Notes: generated by a model not told the origin, from the sequence alone. Shown: positions 47,955 through 58,893, counted from the stretch's first letter. The stretch is 64,000 bases of DNA from Gemmatimonadota bacterium (GCA_038153405.1 JAYOYH010000001.1:200403-264402); one strand, 5' to 3'. Numbers and translations are program-made.

Positions 47955-49402
47955 CTCTGCAGAGCACCATACAGCGCGGCCTTACCTACGTCTTTCTTTC
48001 GACGATGGGCAGCCGCATCGTCGCTCTTTGTGCCGACGTTGCGCTGATGCGCATGCTGCTGCCGTCCGATCACGGCGTGATGCACTTTGGCATGGTGGTC
48101 GTGGGGGCGCTGGCTTTGCTGCGCTCGCTGGGCATCGGCGAAGCGCTGGTCTTTCGCAGCGAAGTCGACCGCGAGAGCTGTGACAGCGCTTTTGTGCTGA
48201 GCGTCGGCGTAGGGCTCGTATTATATGGTGCCGTCTATGCTTGCGCACCGCAGCTCGCTTCCTGGTTAGCCGGTGCCGATCAGGCACAGCTCGTCGAGGT
48301 GCTGCGTGCCCTGGCCGTTATAGCCCTTTTACAGGGCGTGGGGACCGTTCCCAGCGCCCTGTTGGAACGCGCGCTGGCCTTTGATAAAAAAATCTACGTC
48401 GATGCCTTGCCCACGCTGATCTATGCGCTGATCGCCCTGCCGCTGGCTTGGTCTGGACACGGAGTGTGGAGTCTGGTATGGGGCCGCATTATTTCCGTGG
48501 CGGCCGGACAAGTTGCCGCTTGGAAACTGGTGTCATGGCGGCCGCACTGGCGCGTTGATATTGCCCACCTGCGCCAGCTCAGCTCATACGGCCGCTACGT
48601 CAGCGCCGCTGCCATCGTGTCGTTTCTGGTCGTCAGCGTTGACGATATGCTCGTCGCGCGGCTGGGCGGCGAGCGCGAACTGGGGCTGTATGCTCGGGCC
48701 TATCTGTTGGCCAATATACCAGTGACGGCCGTATCGCACGTGGCGGGCCGAGTGGCTTTTCCCGCTTTTGCGCAGCTGGTTCGCGCGCGCGAAAATGTGG
48801 GGCCATTATACCTGCAAATGCTCGGCAGCGTGGCGTTGCTAACCTTGCCCATGGCGCTGCTGTTGGCCCTGTTGGCCAGGCCGTTTACCGCGGCCTTTCT
48901 CGGCGATATTTGGCTGCCTATGGTACCCCTTCTTCAGGGCTTGGCCGCCTATGGTTTTTTGCGCTCGTTGCTATCCAATACGGGGCCTCTATTCAATGGG
49001 CTGGGCACGCCGCAAACCATTTTGAAGATCAACGGCACACAGCTAATGCTATTGGCCCTCCTGCTTTATCCGCTGATTGCGCGCTATGGCGGAGTGGGGG
49101 CGGTGTGGGGGATATTGGCCGCTAGTCTGCTGAGTGCGCCGCTGGCCATGCGCTTTTTAAAGCGCCAAGCCGATATTGGCTTGGTGGATCAACTGCGCGT
49201 TTTGCAACCCCTATTGCTTCCAGCCGCGCTGGCCTGCGGAGTGGTGATGGCGCTGCGCTATGCGCTGCAGCCTCTGGGCGGTGTAGCCATTTGTCTGGGG
49301 GCAGGAATCGGAGGCAGCATGGCCTATTGGGGCTGGCTCTATGTGGCACAGCGGGCATTTTTTCAGCAGGCGCTGGCGATGTTTTGGAGTCGTCCAACAT
49401 GA
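47951..49402 (+). CDS. Wzx-type oligosaccharide flippase
   Basis: MOP-like polytopic protein; LLERALAF, GVWSLV, LGLY.RAY, FPAFA. Confidence 0.88.
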   Translation: MTLQSTIQRGLTYVFLSTMGSRIVALCADVALMRMLLPSDHGVMHFGMVVVGALALLRSLGIGEALVFRSEVDRESCDSAFVLSVGVGLVLYGAVYACAPQLASWLAGADQAQLVEVLRALAVIALLQGVGTVPSALLERALAFDKKIYVDALPTLIYALIALPLAWSGHGVWSLVWGRIISVAAGQVAAWKLVSWRPHWRVDIAHLRQLSSYGRYVSAAAIVSFLVVSVDDMLVARLGGERELGLYARAYLLANIPVTAVSHVAGRVAFPAFAQLVRARENVGPLYLQMLGSVALLTLPMALLLALLARPFTAAFLGDIWLPMVPLLQGLAAYGFLRSLLSNTGPLFNGLGTPQTILKINGTQLMLLALLLYPLIARYGGVGAVWGILAASLLSAPLAMRFLKRQADIGLVDQLRVLQPLLLPAALACGVVMALRYALQPLGGVAICLGAGIGGSMAYWGWLYVAQRAFFQQALAMFWSRPT

Positions 49403-50517
49403 AGCGCGCCACTCGCCCGCGCATCGGCTACCTCGACCACCACGGAGATCTTGTCGGCGGTGGGCAAATTAGCCTGTTGGCTCTTATCGGGGGGTTGCAG
49501 AGCTACGATGCAGTGTGCTGGTGTGGTGCGCGTGGCAGCATGAGCGATGCAGTGCATCAGGCCGGGGTGGATGGCGTCGTCTGTCCCATGCCCGCGCTGC
49601 GCGTCGCGCACGTTGCTGGCATATGCCGCACCGTCATTGAACTGTTGCGCCTAGCGCGTCAAGGCCAAATCGTTCTCCTGCATGCCAATAGCACGCGCAG
49701 CATGTGCTACGCAGCGCTGGTGGGTTGGCTGGCCGGCTTGCCCGTCGTATGGCACGTGCGCATTGCACAAGCCGAACGAGGCTTAGATCGGATTCTCGCG
49801 CATTGGGCACACGGCATAATCGCCGTTTCATCGGCTGTAGTGCGGCGCTTTCCAGCCGACCTGCATTACAAAGTGCACCTCGTGCACAATGGGGTAGACG
49901 TCGAAGCTTTTGCACGCGCCGAACCGGGCACTTGGAAAGAGCAGTGGGGAGCGGGGCCAACAGTTGGCATGGTTGCGCAACTGACTCCGTCGAAACGCCA
50001 GGGCGATTTTATCAGGGCAATGGCTTTGGTGGCTGAGAGCTGTCCCGATGCTCGCTATGTGCTGGCGGGGGAAGAGCCGGGTGGGCCGGGCGCGTACAGC
50101 GCGGGTCTGCGCGACTGCGTGCGTGAAGTTGGCCTGGACGGGTCCCTGCACTTTGCGGGTTTCTGTTCCGATATGGTCTCGCTCTATGCTGATCTGGACA
50201 TCGTCGTACTGTGTTCGGACAACGAGGCCTTTGGTCGAGTACTGATCGAGGCGATGGCCGCCGCCAAACCGGTGGTTGCCACGCGGGCAGGTGGGATCGG
50301 CGATATCGTTGTTGAAGGCGAGACCGGTTATCTGGTCGATGTGGGTGACTGCACTGGCCTAGCGAAGGCTGTCGCAGACCTACTCACCGATCCGGAGCGC
50401 GCGCGGGCCATGGGGGAAGCGGGCCAGCAGCGCGCGCGCCAGCACTTTAGTATCGAGGCCCACGTAGAGCGCGTAGAAGCGCTCTACGCCGCACTGTGCG
50501 AGGGGCATTCGGCGTGA
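49399..50517 (+). CDS. Glycosyltransferase family 4
   Basis: GGGQ, VHNGVD, EAFGRVLIEAMA. Confidence 0.92.
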   Translation: MKRATRPRIGYLDHHGDLVGGGQISLLALIGGLQSYDAVCWCGARGSMSDAVHQAGVDGVVCPMPALRVAHVAGICRTVIELLRLARQGQIVLLHANSTRSMCYAALVGWLAGLPVVWHVRIAQAERGLDRILAHWAHGIIAVSSAVVRRFPADLHYKVHLVHNGVDVEAFARAEPGTWKEQWGAGPTVGMVAQLTPSKRQGDFIRAMALVAESCPDARYVLAGEEPGGPGAYSAGLRDCVREVGLDGSLHFAGFCSDMVSLYADLDIVVLCSDNEAFGRVLIEAMAAAKPVVATRAGGIGDIVVEGETGYLVDVGDCTGLAKAVADLLTDPERARAMGEAGQQRARQHFSIEAHVERVEALYAALCEGHSA

Positions 50518-51635
50518 AAATAGGCATTGATATTCGCGAGCTGGAGCGCGGCAAAACGACGGGTATCGGGCGCTATGTGCGCAATTTCATCGCCTACGCA
50601 CAGCGGGAGCGGCCGCAGCACGAAGTGATGCTCTATGGCAATCAGCACAGCGAGTCCGACTGGTCGGGGGACAATGTGCGCACGCGTATCGCGCCAGAGG
50701 GGTGGACCCAGTGGTGGGACCAGGTCACCTTGCCCAATATGGCCAATGCCGACGGTATAGAGGTGTTTTTCTCGCCGTATATCAAAGGGCCCCTACGCGT
50801 TGGCTGCCCGCTCGTGGTGACCATACACGATTTGATGGACCTGGTTTTTCCCGAATACGGCAGCGGGCCTGTGGCCCGCGTGCTCTTCAGGCAAATGGCC
50901 CGGCGCGTTGGCCTGCGCGCCGATATCGTGCTGGCCGACTCACAGTATTCGGCGGAGGACATCGTGCGCCTGCTGCAGCTGCCGCGCGAAAAGATCGAGG
51001 TCTTGCCGATCGGCATTGAAGAGCGCTATGGGCCGCAGAGCCATGATGGGCTGCCGAGTGCACTGCGCGACCAATACGGCATTTGCGGCGAGTATATATA
51101 CTACTTGGGCAACTTCAAGCCGCACAAAAATGTGCGAAGCCTCATCGAGGTTTACGCCGATTTGCCCTCGCCGCTGCGCGCGCGCTTTCAGCTAGTGCTG
51201 GGCGGGCGTATAGATGATTCCGTCGACGGGCATCGAGCCTGGGCAACGCAGCGCGGCGTAGGCGAGCGCGTGCGTTTTATCGGACCCGTCGACGAAGGCG
51301 ATATGCCGACCCTTTACAGTGCGGCGGCTCTCTTTGTCTTTCCCTCGCTCTACGAGGGCTTTGGTCTGCCGCCGCTCGAGGCGATGGCCTGCGGCACGGC
51401 CGTGCTGTGCTCCAATCGCACGTCGCTGCCCGAAGTGGTCGGCGAAGGGGGCGTTCTCTTTGATCCGGAAGACCGGGCCGGTTGGCAAGAGACTCTGTCT
51501 GGCCTGTTGGCCGACGATGGAGCGCGGAAAGCATGGGGGGAGAAAGGCCTCCAGCGCGCGCGCGCCTTTCGCGTTGAAGCGCTCTGCGAGCGGCAGATGC
51601 AGCTATTGGAAAACGCGGAGAGACGGCGTGGATAG
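50514..51635 (+). CDS. Glycosyltransferase family 4
   Basis: TGIGRY, VTIHDL, HKN, EGFGLPPLEAMACG. Confidence 0.92.
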   Translation: MKIGIDIRELERGKTTGIGRYVRNFIAYAQRERPQHEVMLYGNQHSESDWSGDNVRTRIAPEGWTQWWDQVTLPNMANADGIEVFFSPYIKGPLRVGCPLVVTIHDLMDLVFPEYGSGPVARVLFRQMARRVGLRADIVLADSQYSAEDIVRLLQLPREKIEVLPIGIEERYGPQSHDGLPSALRDQYGICGEYIYYLGNFKPHKNVRSLIEVYADLPSPLRARFQLVLGGRIDDSVDGHRAWATQRGVGERVRFIGPVDEGDMPTLYSAAALFVFPSLYEGFGLPPLEAMACGTAVLCSNRTSLPEVVGEGGVLFDPEDRAGWQETLSGLLADDGARKAWGEKGLQRARAFRVEALCERQMQLLENAERRRG

Positions 51636-52779
51636 AGAGGGCATCGTTCTACTGATAAGCAATGATTTCCCTCCGATATCGGGCGGGCAGTCGCGGTACT
51701 TGTACGATTTGTGGTCCTGTCTTCCCGCAGAACAGATCGTCGTTATGGCGCCCCAAGTGAAAGGGTCGGAATCGGTTGATGCCCAGCTGCCCTATCGGGT
51801 AGAGCGGGTGCCGCTGCGCTTATATGGCGGCCGTCTCAATAAGGTGTTCAAGGCGCTACAGCTGCTGCGCGCTGCGTTTTTCTATTGCCGTTGCCACCGC
51901 GTGCGCGCCATACACTGTGGTCAGGTTTTTTCCACCGGCTTTGCCGGACGCGGCTGTCGCGCCCTACTGGGTATTCCCTACGTGGTCTACGTCTACGGAG
52001 CCGATGTGTTGGAATTTTGCGCGCGGCCCCTGTGGGGACGCGCGCTGCGGACCATTCTGCAGGGGGCGGAACGAGTGGTTGCCATCAGTGGATTTTCGCG
52101 CCGTGCCGCCCTTCGCTGCGGCGCAGTGGAAAGCCGCTTAGAGGTGGTGAAGCCGGCGCTCGATGTGGCGCGTTTTGCGGCGGAGTTCGACCGCGATCGC
52201 GCACGTGCGCGCTTTGGTTGGCAAGGGCGGCGCGTCGTACTCAGCGTTGGACGCTTGGTGGAGCGCAAAGGGCAAGACACTGTTCTGCGCGCCCTGGTCG
52301 ATGTGGCCGGCTCGGTGCCCGAGGTGCTCTACGCCATTGGCGGCAGCGGGCCCTATGGCGATCGGCTGCAGGCGATGGTGGACGAGTTGGGCCTGCGCGC
52401 CCACGTCGAATTTCTCGGCTTTGTGGACGAGGGCCAGTTGGCCGAACGCTACGCGGCTGCCGATGTCTTTACGATGGTCAGTCGCGAGATTGCCGAAGTC
52501 GGCGAAGTCGAGGGCTTTGGCATCGTCTACCTCGAGGCTAACGCCTGCGGCACGCCCGTTGTCGCGGGGCGTTCGGGCGGGGTAGAGGATGCCGTAGTAG
52601 ACGGCGAGACCGGCCTGCTCGTCGATCCCGATGATCCTGCCCAGACGGCGGCGGCCCTGCGATCCCTGCTGGCTGACGAAGCGCTGCGCCGCCACCTCGG
52701 TGCGCAGGGGCGGCGGCGGGTATTGGCCGATTTCGACCGGCGTCAGCAGGCGCGGAACCTCTGGGCGTTGAGTCCGTGA
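51628..52779 (+). CDS. Glycosyltransferase family 4 (PimB-like)
   Basis: NDFPP.SGG, GRLVERKG, EGFGIVYLEA. Confidence 0.92.
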   Translation: MDREGIVLLISNDFPPISGGQSRYLYDLWSCLPAEQIVVMAPQVKGSESVDAQLPYRVERVPLRLYGGRLNKVFKALQLLRAAFFYCRCHRVRAIHCGQVFSTGFAGRGCRALLGIPYVVYVYGADVLEFCARPLWGRALRTILQGAERVVAISGFSRRAALRCGAVESRLEVVKPALDVARFAAEFDRDRARARFGWQGRRVVLSVGRLVERKGQDTVLRALVDVAGSVPEVLYAIGGSGPYGDRLQAMVDELGLRAHVEFLGFVDEGQLAERYAAADVFTMVSREIAEVGEVEGFGIVYLEANACGTPVVAGRSGGVEDAVVDGETGLLVDPDDPAQTAAALRSLLADEALRRHLGAQGRRRVLADFDRRQQARNLWALSP

Positions 52780-53945
52780 GGCGCGTGCGCGTTTTGCACG
52801 TCATTACGCGGTTGGAGCGCGGCGGTTCGACGGACAATACGCTGCTAAGCGCGGCGATGGCCAATCGGCAGCGCTATGAAGTGGACCTCGCTGCGGGGCC
52901 GCGGCCGGGCGCGCCCAGTCCGCTGGAGCTACGCGCCCGACAAGCCGAAATCGGCTGGATTGAGGTGCCCGACTTGGTGCGTGCCATCCGTCCCTTGCGC
53001 GACTTGCGCGCCCTCCTTCAGCTGTGCCGCCTCATGCGCAGTGGGCGCTATGATATCGTGCATACCCACACCTCTAAGGCGGGTCTGTTGGGGCGGTTGG
53101 CCGCTTGGTTGGTGCGCGTTCCCTGCGTTGTACATACGCCGCATGGGCACGTTTTTTACGGGTATTACGGGCCCGTTATAAGTCGATTTTTTGTTCAGCT
53201 GGAGCGTCTGGCAGCCCGTTGGTGCAGCCGCATTATCACGCTCACGGAGCGCGGGGCGCGCGACCACGTCGAATTGGGGGTGGCGCCGCGCGAGAAGTTT
53301 GCCATCGTGCACAGCGGCATTGCTTTCCCCTCAGGATCGTCGTGGCGCCAAGAGCGCGGTCGGCTGCGCGCGGAGTGGGGTATGCCTGACAGCGCCGCGG
53401 TCATCGGCACTCTGGGGCGGTTGACGGCAATTAAGGGGCAGGCCGATCTGATCCTGGCCTTTGCCGAGCTATCCAAGGAGAGCGTTGATCGCTGGCTGCT
53501 GCTGGTCGGGGAGGGCGAAGAGCGCGCCGCGCTCGAAGCGCTGGCCACGCGCTGCGGCGTGGGCGATCGCGTCGCGTGGGCCGGTTGGCGAGACGATGTG
53601 TATGCCGCGCTGGCCTCGATGGATATATTTGCCCTACCTTCGGTCAATGAGGGGATGGGCAAGGCGCTCGTAGAGGCGATGTTTGTCGGTCTGCCGTGCG
53701 TGGCAACGCGCGTGGGGGGGATCCCCGAAATCGTCCGCGACGGAGTGGAGGGCATATTGGTTGATCCCTCGTCGCCGCTGCAGCTGGCGGCCGGCTTGCG
53801 CGCCCTGCTGGACGATGCCGCCCTGCGCGCGCGCTGTGCTGGAGCGGCGCGGCAACGCGCGGCGGCCTATAGCGCCGAGGCGATGGTGGAATCTATTGAG
53901 AAGCTGTACGAAGAGGTGCTGAGGGAGAAGGCATGGCAAGCATAG
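52776..53945 (+). CDS. Glycosyltransferase family 4
   Basis: VITRL..GG, HTHTSKAG, HTPHGH, EGMGKALVEAM. Confidence 0.92.
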   Translation: MRRVRVLHVITRLERGGSTDNTLLSAAMANRQRYEVDLAAGPRPGAPSPLELRARQAEIGWIEVPDLVRAIRPLRDLRALLQLCRLMRSGRYDIVHTHTSKAGLLGRLAAWLVRVPCVVHTPHGHVFYGYYGPVISRFFVQLERLAARWCSRIITLTERGARDHVELGVAPREKFAIVHSGIAFPSGSSWRQERGRLRAEWGMPDSAAVIGTLGRLTAIKGQADLILAFAELSKESVDRWLLLVGEGEERAALEALATRCGVGDRVAWAGWRDDVYAALASMDIFALPSVNEGMGKALVEAMFVGLPCVATRVGGIPEIVRDGVEGILVDPSSPLQLAAGLRALLDDAALRARCAGAARQRAAAYSAEAMVESIEKLYEEVLREKAWQA

Positions 53946-55354
53946 CGCGGCTCGTCGTTTTTTTTATTTCGTGCATCGCTGCATATGGCGCAGAGGATGG
54001 GGCCGTTGAATACCTAGCGCTGAATGCCGCTGTGCAGGTGCGAGTTGGCGAGGGCTTGGATGTTGAACGCATAGCGCAGGAGGCGCGTGCGGCGGGGGTG
54101 GACGCCGTCGTCTTTACCGAGCCCGACGTGCGCCGCGTCGACTATGGCCCGCCCTTTCTTCGCTCGCTGCTGCGCTCTTCCTACCAAGAGCACAGCCTCT
54201 ACTCGTCCAATGGGACCGCCCAGTATCTGCAAAACGTTGAGCGCGCTCAGCAGCGCTTTCCGCAGATGGTATTGGTCGAAGGCGTAGAGTCGCGTCCGTT
54301 TTACTATTGGGCATCCGGCGGCGATGGTCCCTGGGCATTAGAACAGTGGAACCGGCGCATAGCCGCCGTGGGATTGAGCGACGCCGAGGCCTATGGCGGG
54401 CTGCCCGTGAGTGGAGGAGCCGGCATAGGAGTTTGGAACCTTTCAAGTGTGTTGCTGCTCTGGCCCTTGCTGGGGCTGGCTTATGCCGTCGTCGCACGCG
54501 CGCATCCACTCGCGCTGCGCCTGGTTATCGGTGCGGCGTCGCTGCTCTGCTTGGTCGAAAACGTACCGTTTACAGTCCCCTTGTGGGATCCGTATAAGGG
54601 CGATTTGGGACCGGCGCCCTATCAGCACTACATAGACCGCGTAAACGAGGGCGGGGGATTGGCTCTTTGGCTGCCGGTCGACGAGGCGCTTTCGCAGCGG
54701 AGGATCGCGCTGTTTTTCGGGCAACTGACGGCGTTTGTGCCGCCGGCGGAAATGGGCGATGAGTTGCTCAAAACGCGGGGTGCTACCGCCTTTGCCGCGC
54801 TGCATTCGGGGCGGGCAAGTGCCGCCGATCTCGGGCGATCATGGGACAAAGTGCTCATCGAATACCTCAACGGCGAGCGGCGTCAGCCACTGTGGGCGCT
54901 GGGCTGTGTCGATTACGACAGCGGGGCACAACTCGATTCCATATTGACCGTCTTCGGCGTCCGCCAAGCGAGCCGTGCGGGACTCTTTGAGGCCATGCGG
55001 CAGGGGCGCATGTACGCGGTGAGCGGCGGTGCGCTGCGCCTGCAGTTGGAGGACTTTCGCGCCGAGAGTGCAGACCGCTCGGCGGGGGCTGGAGAAACGC
55101 TGGTCGGTGCGGGGAGCGTCGAAGTGATAGCGCGCCTATCGAGCCAAAACGGTGCAGTACAGCAGGTGCGCGCGCAGCTGATTCGCGCCGGTAAAATCGT
55201 CAGAGAAGTGCGCGGTACGACGCCCCTTGAGATGCGCTACGTCGAGGAAGTCGAAGGAGGGAAGCCCGTCAAGACCTACTTTCGCCTGATGGCGCAAAGT
55301 GGCGATTCGCGGCTGGTTTCCAACCCCATTTTCGCGCGAGTGGAGGGGCTGTGA
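53933..55354 (+). CDS. Membrane-anchored PHP-like domain protein, metal ligands apparently lost
   Basis: A...GVDAVVFTEPD, LVEGVE, GCVD, FEAMRQGRMY pattern; signal peptide; two internal TMs. Confidence 0.6.
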   Translation: MASIARLVVFFISCIAAYGAEDGAVEYLALNAAVQVRVGEGLDVERIAQEARAAGVDAVVFTEPDVRRVDYGPPFLRSLLRSSYQEHSLYSSNGTAQYLQNVERAQQRFPQMVLVEGVESRPFYYWASGGDGPWALEQWNRRIAAVGLSDAEAYGGLPVSGGAGIGVWNLSSVLLLWPLLGLAYAVVARAHPLALRLVIGAASLLCLVENVPFTVPLWDPYKGDLGPAPYQHYIDRVNEGGGLALWLPVDEALSQRRIALFFGQLTAFVPPAEMGDELLKTRGATAFAALHSGRASAADLGRSWDKVLIEYLNGERRQPLWALGCVDYDSGAQLDSILTVFGVRQASRAGLFEAMRQGRMYAVSGGALRLQLEDFRAESADRSAGAGETLVGAGSVEVIARLSSQNGAVQQVRAQLIRAGKIVREVRGTTPLEMRYVEEVEGGKPVKTYFRLMAQSGDSRLVSNPIFARVEGL

Positions 55355-56037
55355 TCATCGCCATTCACCAGCCCCAGTTTATGCCCTGGCTCGGCTACTT
55401 CGATAAGATGGCCCAGGTTGATGTCTTTGTATTGCTGGACAATGTGCAATACAAGAAAAATGAATTCCAGAATCGCAACCGCATTAAAACCCCCACTGGA
55501 CCGCAGTGGCTGACGGTGCCCGTCTCCTATCGCTTTCCGGCGTTGATAAACGAGGTGGCCGTGCCTGCGGGCGACCCCTGGCGGCGCAAGCACCTACAGG
55601 CGCTACAGGCCAACTACGGCAAGGCGCCCCACTGGCCAACCTACGGGGCTGCACTGCAGGCCCTCTATGCCGACGAGCAGCCGCTGCTGGCAGCGGTCAA
55701 CGCTGCCTCGGTCGAGTGGCTGCGCGACCATTTGCACATTGAGACCCCGCTGGTGGTTGCCTCGCAGATGCAGGTGAGCAACGATCCGACGCAGCGCCTG
55801 ATCGACCTGTGTCATCAGCTGGGAGCCGAATCCTATTTGGCCGGAGCCGATGGGCGCAAATACATGCAATTGGACCGCTTCGCCGCAGCGGGCATAGAAG
55901 TTTTCTTTCAGGAGTATGAGCATCCGATGTACGAGCAATTGCACGGGGTATTCACATCGCACCTATCCACGCTGGATCTGCTGCTCAACTGCGGTCCAGA
56001 AAGTGGGAAAATAGTGCGTGGGAAAGGGAAAAAATGA
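55351..56037 (+). CDS. WbqC-family protein
   Basis: AIHQP.FMPWLGYFDK, QNRNRI, WLTVP, LS.LDLL.N.G. Confidence 0.92.
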   Translation: MIIAIHQPQFMPWLGYFDKMAQVDVFVLLDNVQYKKNEFQNRNRIKTPTGPQWLTVPVSYRFPALINEVAVPAGDPWRRKHLQALQANYGKAPHWPTYGAALQALYADEQPLLAAVNAASVEWLRDHLHIETPLVVASQMQVSNDPTQRLIDLCHQLGAESYLAGADGRKYMQLDRFAAAGIEVFFQEYEHPMYEQLHGVFTSHLSTLDLLLNCGPESGKIVRGKGKK

Positions 56038-56675
56038 CCGATAATAATAGGGAGAGGCCGATGAATATCCTGGCGATCGGCGCCCATCCAGACGATTTGG
56101 AATATGGCTGTGCGGGCACGCTGATTCGCCATGCACGGCGCGGCGACCACGTCTACCTTGTCATCGTGACCGACGGCAGCGCCGGAGGCGATCCGGCCCT
56201 GCGGCGGGCAGAGCAGGAAGAGGCGGGTAGGCTGATTGGGGCGAAAGAGGTGTTTTTTCTCGACTATCCCGATACGCTGTTTGAGTGCAATCGCGAGTCG
56301 ATTATGCGAATTGAAGACATCGTTCGCCGCGTGAACGCCGACACGGTGTTGACCCACTGGGTCGAGGATACACACCAGGATCATCGAAATATTGCTCGGG
56401 CGGTCGTGCCGGCCGCGCGTTCGGTCTCCAATTTGCTGTATTTCGAGGGGTTGTCGTCCCAGGACTTCAACCCCACGGTCTTCGTCAATATCGGCGAGGT
56501 AATAAGCCAGAAGCTCGGCGCGCTGGAAGCGCATGCTTCGCAGGTAGAGAAGACCAACATAGAAGATCTGAATATCGTCGATATTTCGCGTTCGGCCGCC
56601 CATTTCCGCGGCATACAGGGCCGCGTGACCTTCGCCGAAGGGTTTATCCCCGTGCGCTACTTTATCGACTTTTAG
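56034..56675 (+). CDS. PIG-L family deacetylase
   Basis: GAHPDDLE, HQDH, H.SQ. Confidence 0.92.
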   Translation: MTDNNRERPMNILAIGAHPDDLEYGCAGTLIRHARRGDHVYLVIVTDGSAGGDPALRRAEQEEAGRLIGAKEVFFLDYPDTLFECNRESIMRIEDIVRRVNADTVLTHWVEDTHQDHRNIARAVVPAARSVSNLLYFEGLSSQDFNPTVFVNIGEVISQKLGALEAHASQVEKTNIEDLNIVDISRSAAHFRGIQGRVTFAEGFIPVRYFIDF

Positions 56676-56685
56676 AGAAAGTGAG

Positions 56686-57834
56686 TTGGCGATGACGGCA
56701 ATACCCCTACAACGCGTTGAACGCATGCAGATTCCCATGAACGACCTGGGCCAGCAGCACGCCCAGCTACGCGAAGAAATAGAGGCGGCCATTGCCGAAG
56801 TAATCGACGGATGTAGTTTTATACTTGGCCCGCAGGTAGAGCGTTTTGAAGCGGCATTTGCCTCTTATTGTCAGGCCGCGCACGGCATTGGCGTGAGCAG
56901 CGGCACCGATGCGCTGCGCCTAGCGCTGCAGGCCAGCGGCGTGGGGGAGGGGGACGAAGTGATAACGACCCCGCTGACCTTCGGCGCGACGCTAGAAGCC
57001 ATATACCAGGTGGGGGCGCGCCCCGTGCTAGTGGACGTAGATCCGCAGTACTTCACGCTTGATCCCCGGTGCGTCGAAGGGGCGCTCAGCGCGCGCACGC
57101 GTGCCCTGATTCCCGTCCATCTCTACGGTCAGCCCGTCGATATGCAGCCGCTGATCGACCTGGCCGCGGCGCGCGATTTAGTGCTTATCGAAGATGCGGC
57201 GCAGGCGCACGGCGCGCGCTACAACGGCGTGCCCGTCGGTGGGTTGGGGCGCGTGGCGTGTTTCAGCTTTTATCCCGGCAAGAATCTGGGTGCCTACGGC
57301 GATGCGGGTGGCCTTACCACCAGCGACGACGTGCTGGCCGAACGCCTGCGCAGACTGCGCAACCACGGCCAGGCGCGCGGCGATAAATTCAATTACCTGG
57401 AGGTAGGTGGCAACCACAGGATGGACGGCATCCAGGGGGCCATTCTCGAAGTTAAGCTGCGCCATCTCGAGGGATGGAATAACCATCGCCGCCTGCTGGC
57501 CGCACGCTACACCCAGGCACTGGCCGGCTTGGCAGAAGTCGGAGTGCCGCAGGAGGCACCCTACGCACATCACGTCTACCACCTATATGCGCTGTGCGTG
57601 GACGACCGCGATGCGCTAGCGGCCAGTCTGCGCGCTGCCGGCATCGAATCGGCCGTGCAATACCCGCACCCGCTCCACCTCACCCCGGCTTTTGCCGATC
57701 TCGGATACGGCCCCGGCGACTTTCCCCACTGCGAGCGCATATGCAATCAGCTGCTGTCGCTGCCGCTGTATGCCGACATGAGCGCTGAACAGGTAGACTA
57801 CGTGGTGGATGCGATATACCGACACTATGCATGA
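56686..57834 (+). CDS. DegT/DnrJ sugar aminotransferase
   Basis: PVHLYGQ, EDAAQAHG, FSFYPGKNLGAYGDAG; start may be 56725. Confidence 0.93.
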   Translation: MAMTAIPLQRVERMQIPMNDLGQQHAQLREEIEAAIAEVIDGCSFILGPQVERFEAAFASYCQAAHGIGVSSGTDALRLALQASGVGEGDEVITTPLTFGATLEAIYQVGARPVLVDVDPQYFTLDPRCVEGALSARTRALIPVHLYGQPVDMQPLIDLAAARDLVLIEDAAQAHGARYNGVPVGGLGRVACFSFYPGKNLGAYGDAGGLTTSDDVLAERLRRLRNHGQARGDKFNYLEVGGNHRMDGIQGAILEVKLRHLEGWNNHRRLLAARYTQALAGLAEVGVPQEAPYAHHVYHLYALCVDDRDALAASLRAAGIESAVQYPHPLHLTPAFADLGYGPGDFPHCERICNQLLSLPLYADMSAEQVDYVVDAIYRHYA

Positions 57835-58883
57835 ATAAGTCGATACCCCATTCGCGCCCTTCCCTGGGCGAAGCCGAAGCCGAGGCCGCCGCGCGCGTCG
57901 TGCGCTCGGGCCTGCTTGCGCAGGGGCGCGAGGTCGAATTATTCGAGTGCGAAATGGCCGACTACGTCGGGCGCAACTATGCAGTGGCTGTCTCCTCGGG
58001 GACGGCCGCTTTGCATTTGGGGCTAATGGCCTTGGGGATGGGGCAGGGCGCAACGGTGGCCATGCCCAGCTACGTGTGCACGGCGCTGCTGCACGCCACG
58101 TGGGCGGCGGGCGCGCGTCCGCTGCTATGCGATATCGATGGGACGACGGGCAATATTGATGCGGCGGCGCTGGCCAAACTAGACGCTCCAGATGCCCTTA
58201 TCGTGCCGCATATGTTCGGTTGCCCCGCCGATATAGACGCCGTAGAGTCGCTGGGTATACCCTTTATTGAAGACTGTGCGATGGCGCTGGGCGGTCACTG
58301 CGGTGATCGGCCCGTAGGCAGCCGTGGAGCGCTCTCCATCTGTTCATTCTACGCGACAAAGGTGCTGGCAGCCGGTGAGGGGGGCATGGTGCTGACGGAT
58401 GATGCCAACCTAGCCGAGCGCGTGCGCCAGCTGCGCGCCTACGATGGTCTACACGCACGCACGCCGCGCTTTAATGCCAAGATGACGGACGTGCACGCGG
58501 CCATCGGGCGCGTGCAGTTAAGCCGGTTGGATGAGTTTGTCGCCCGGCGACGCTGGTTGGCCGACTTTTATCGCGAGAGCCTTGCAGACTTGCGCGACAT
58601 TACGTCCCCTCTGGTATGCGAAGGACACATTTATTATCGTTATATTGTTAAAACGCCGCGCAAAGCCGAGGTGTTTATGCGTCGTTTAGAGGATGCTGGC
58701 ATTGCGGCTAGGCGTCCGGTATATGCGCCGCTGCACCGCGAGTTGGCACTGGCAGACGGCGACTTTCCCCGTGCCGTAGAGGCCCACGAGTCGGACCTGT
58801 CGCTGCCCCTCTACCCAAGTTTGAGCGATGGGGAGGCACGGCGCGTGGTCGCGGCGGTGTGCGCACTGGAAGCACGACGATAA
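57831..58883 (+). CDS. DegT/DnrJ sugar aminotransferase
   Basis: SSGTAALH, EDCA, SFYATK, GEGG, LSLPLYP. Confidence 0.92.
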   Translation: MNKSIPHSRPSLGEAEAEAAARVVRSGLLAQGREVELFECEMADYVGRNYAVAVSSGTAALHLGLMALGMGQGATVAMPSYVCTALLHATWAAGARPLLCDIDGTTGNIDAAALAKLDAPDALIVPHMFGCPADIDAVESLGIPFIEDCAMALGGHCGDRPVGSRGALSICSFYATKVLAAGEGGMVLTDDANLAERVRQLRAYDGLHARTPRFNAKMTDVHAAIGRVQLSRLDEFVARRRWLADFYRESLADLRDITSPLVCEGHIYYRYIVKTPRKAEVFMRRLEDAGIAARRPVYAPLHRELALADGDFPRAVEAHESDLSLPLYPSLSDGEARRVVAAVCALEARR

Positions 58884-58893
58884 TGAGGTGGTT

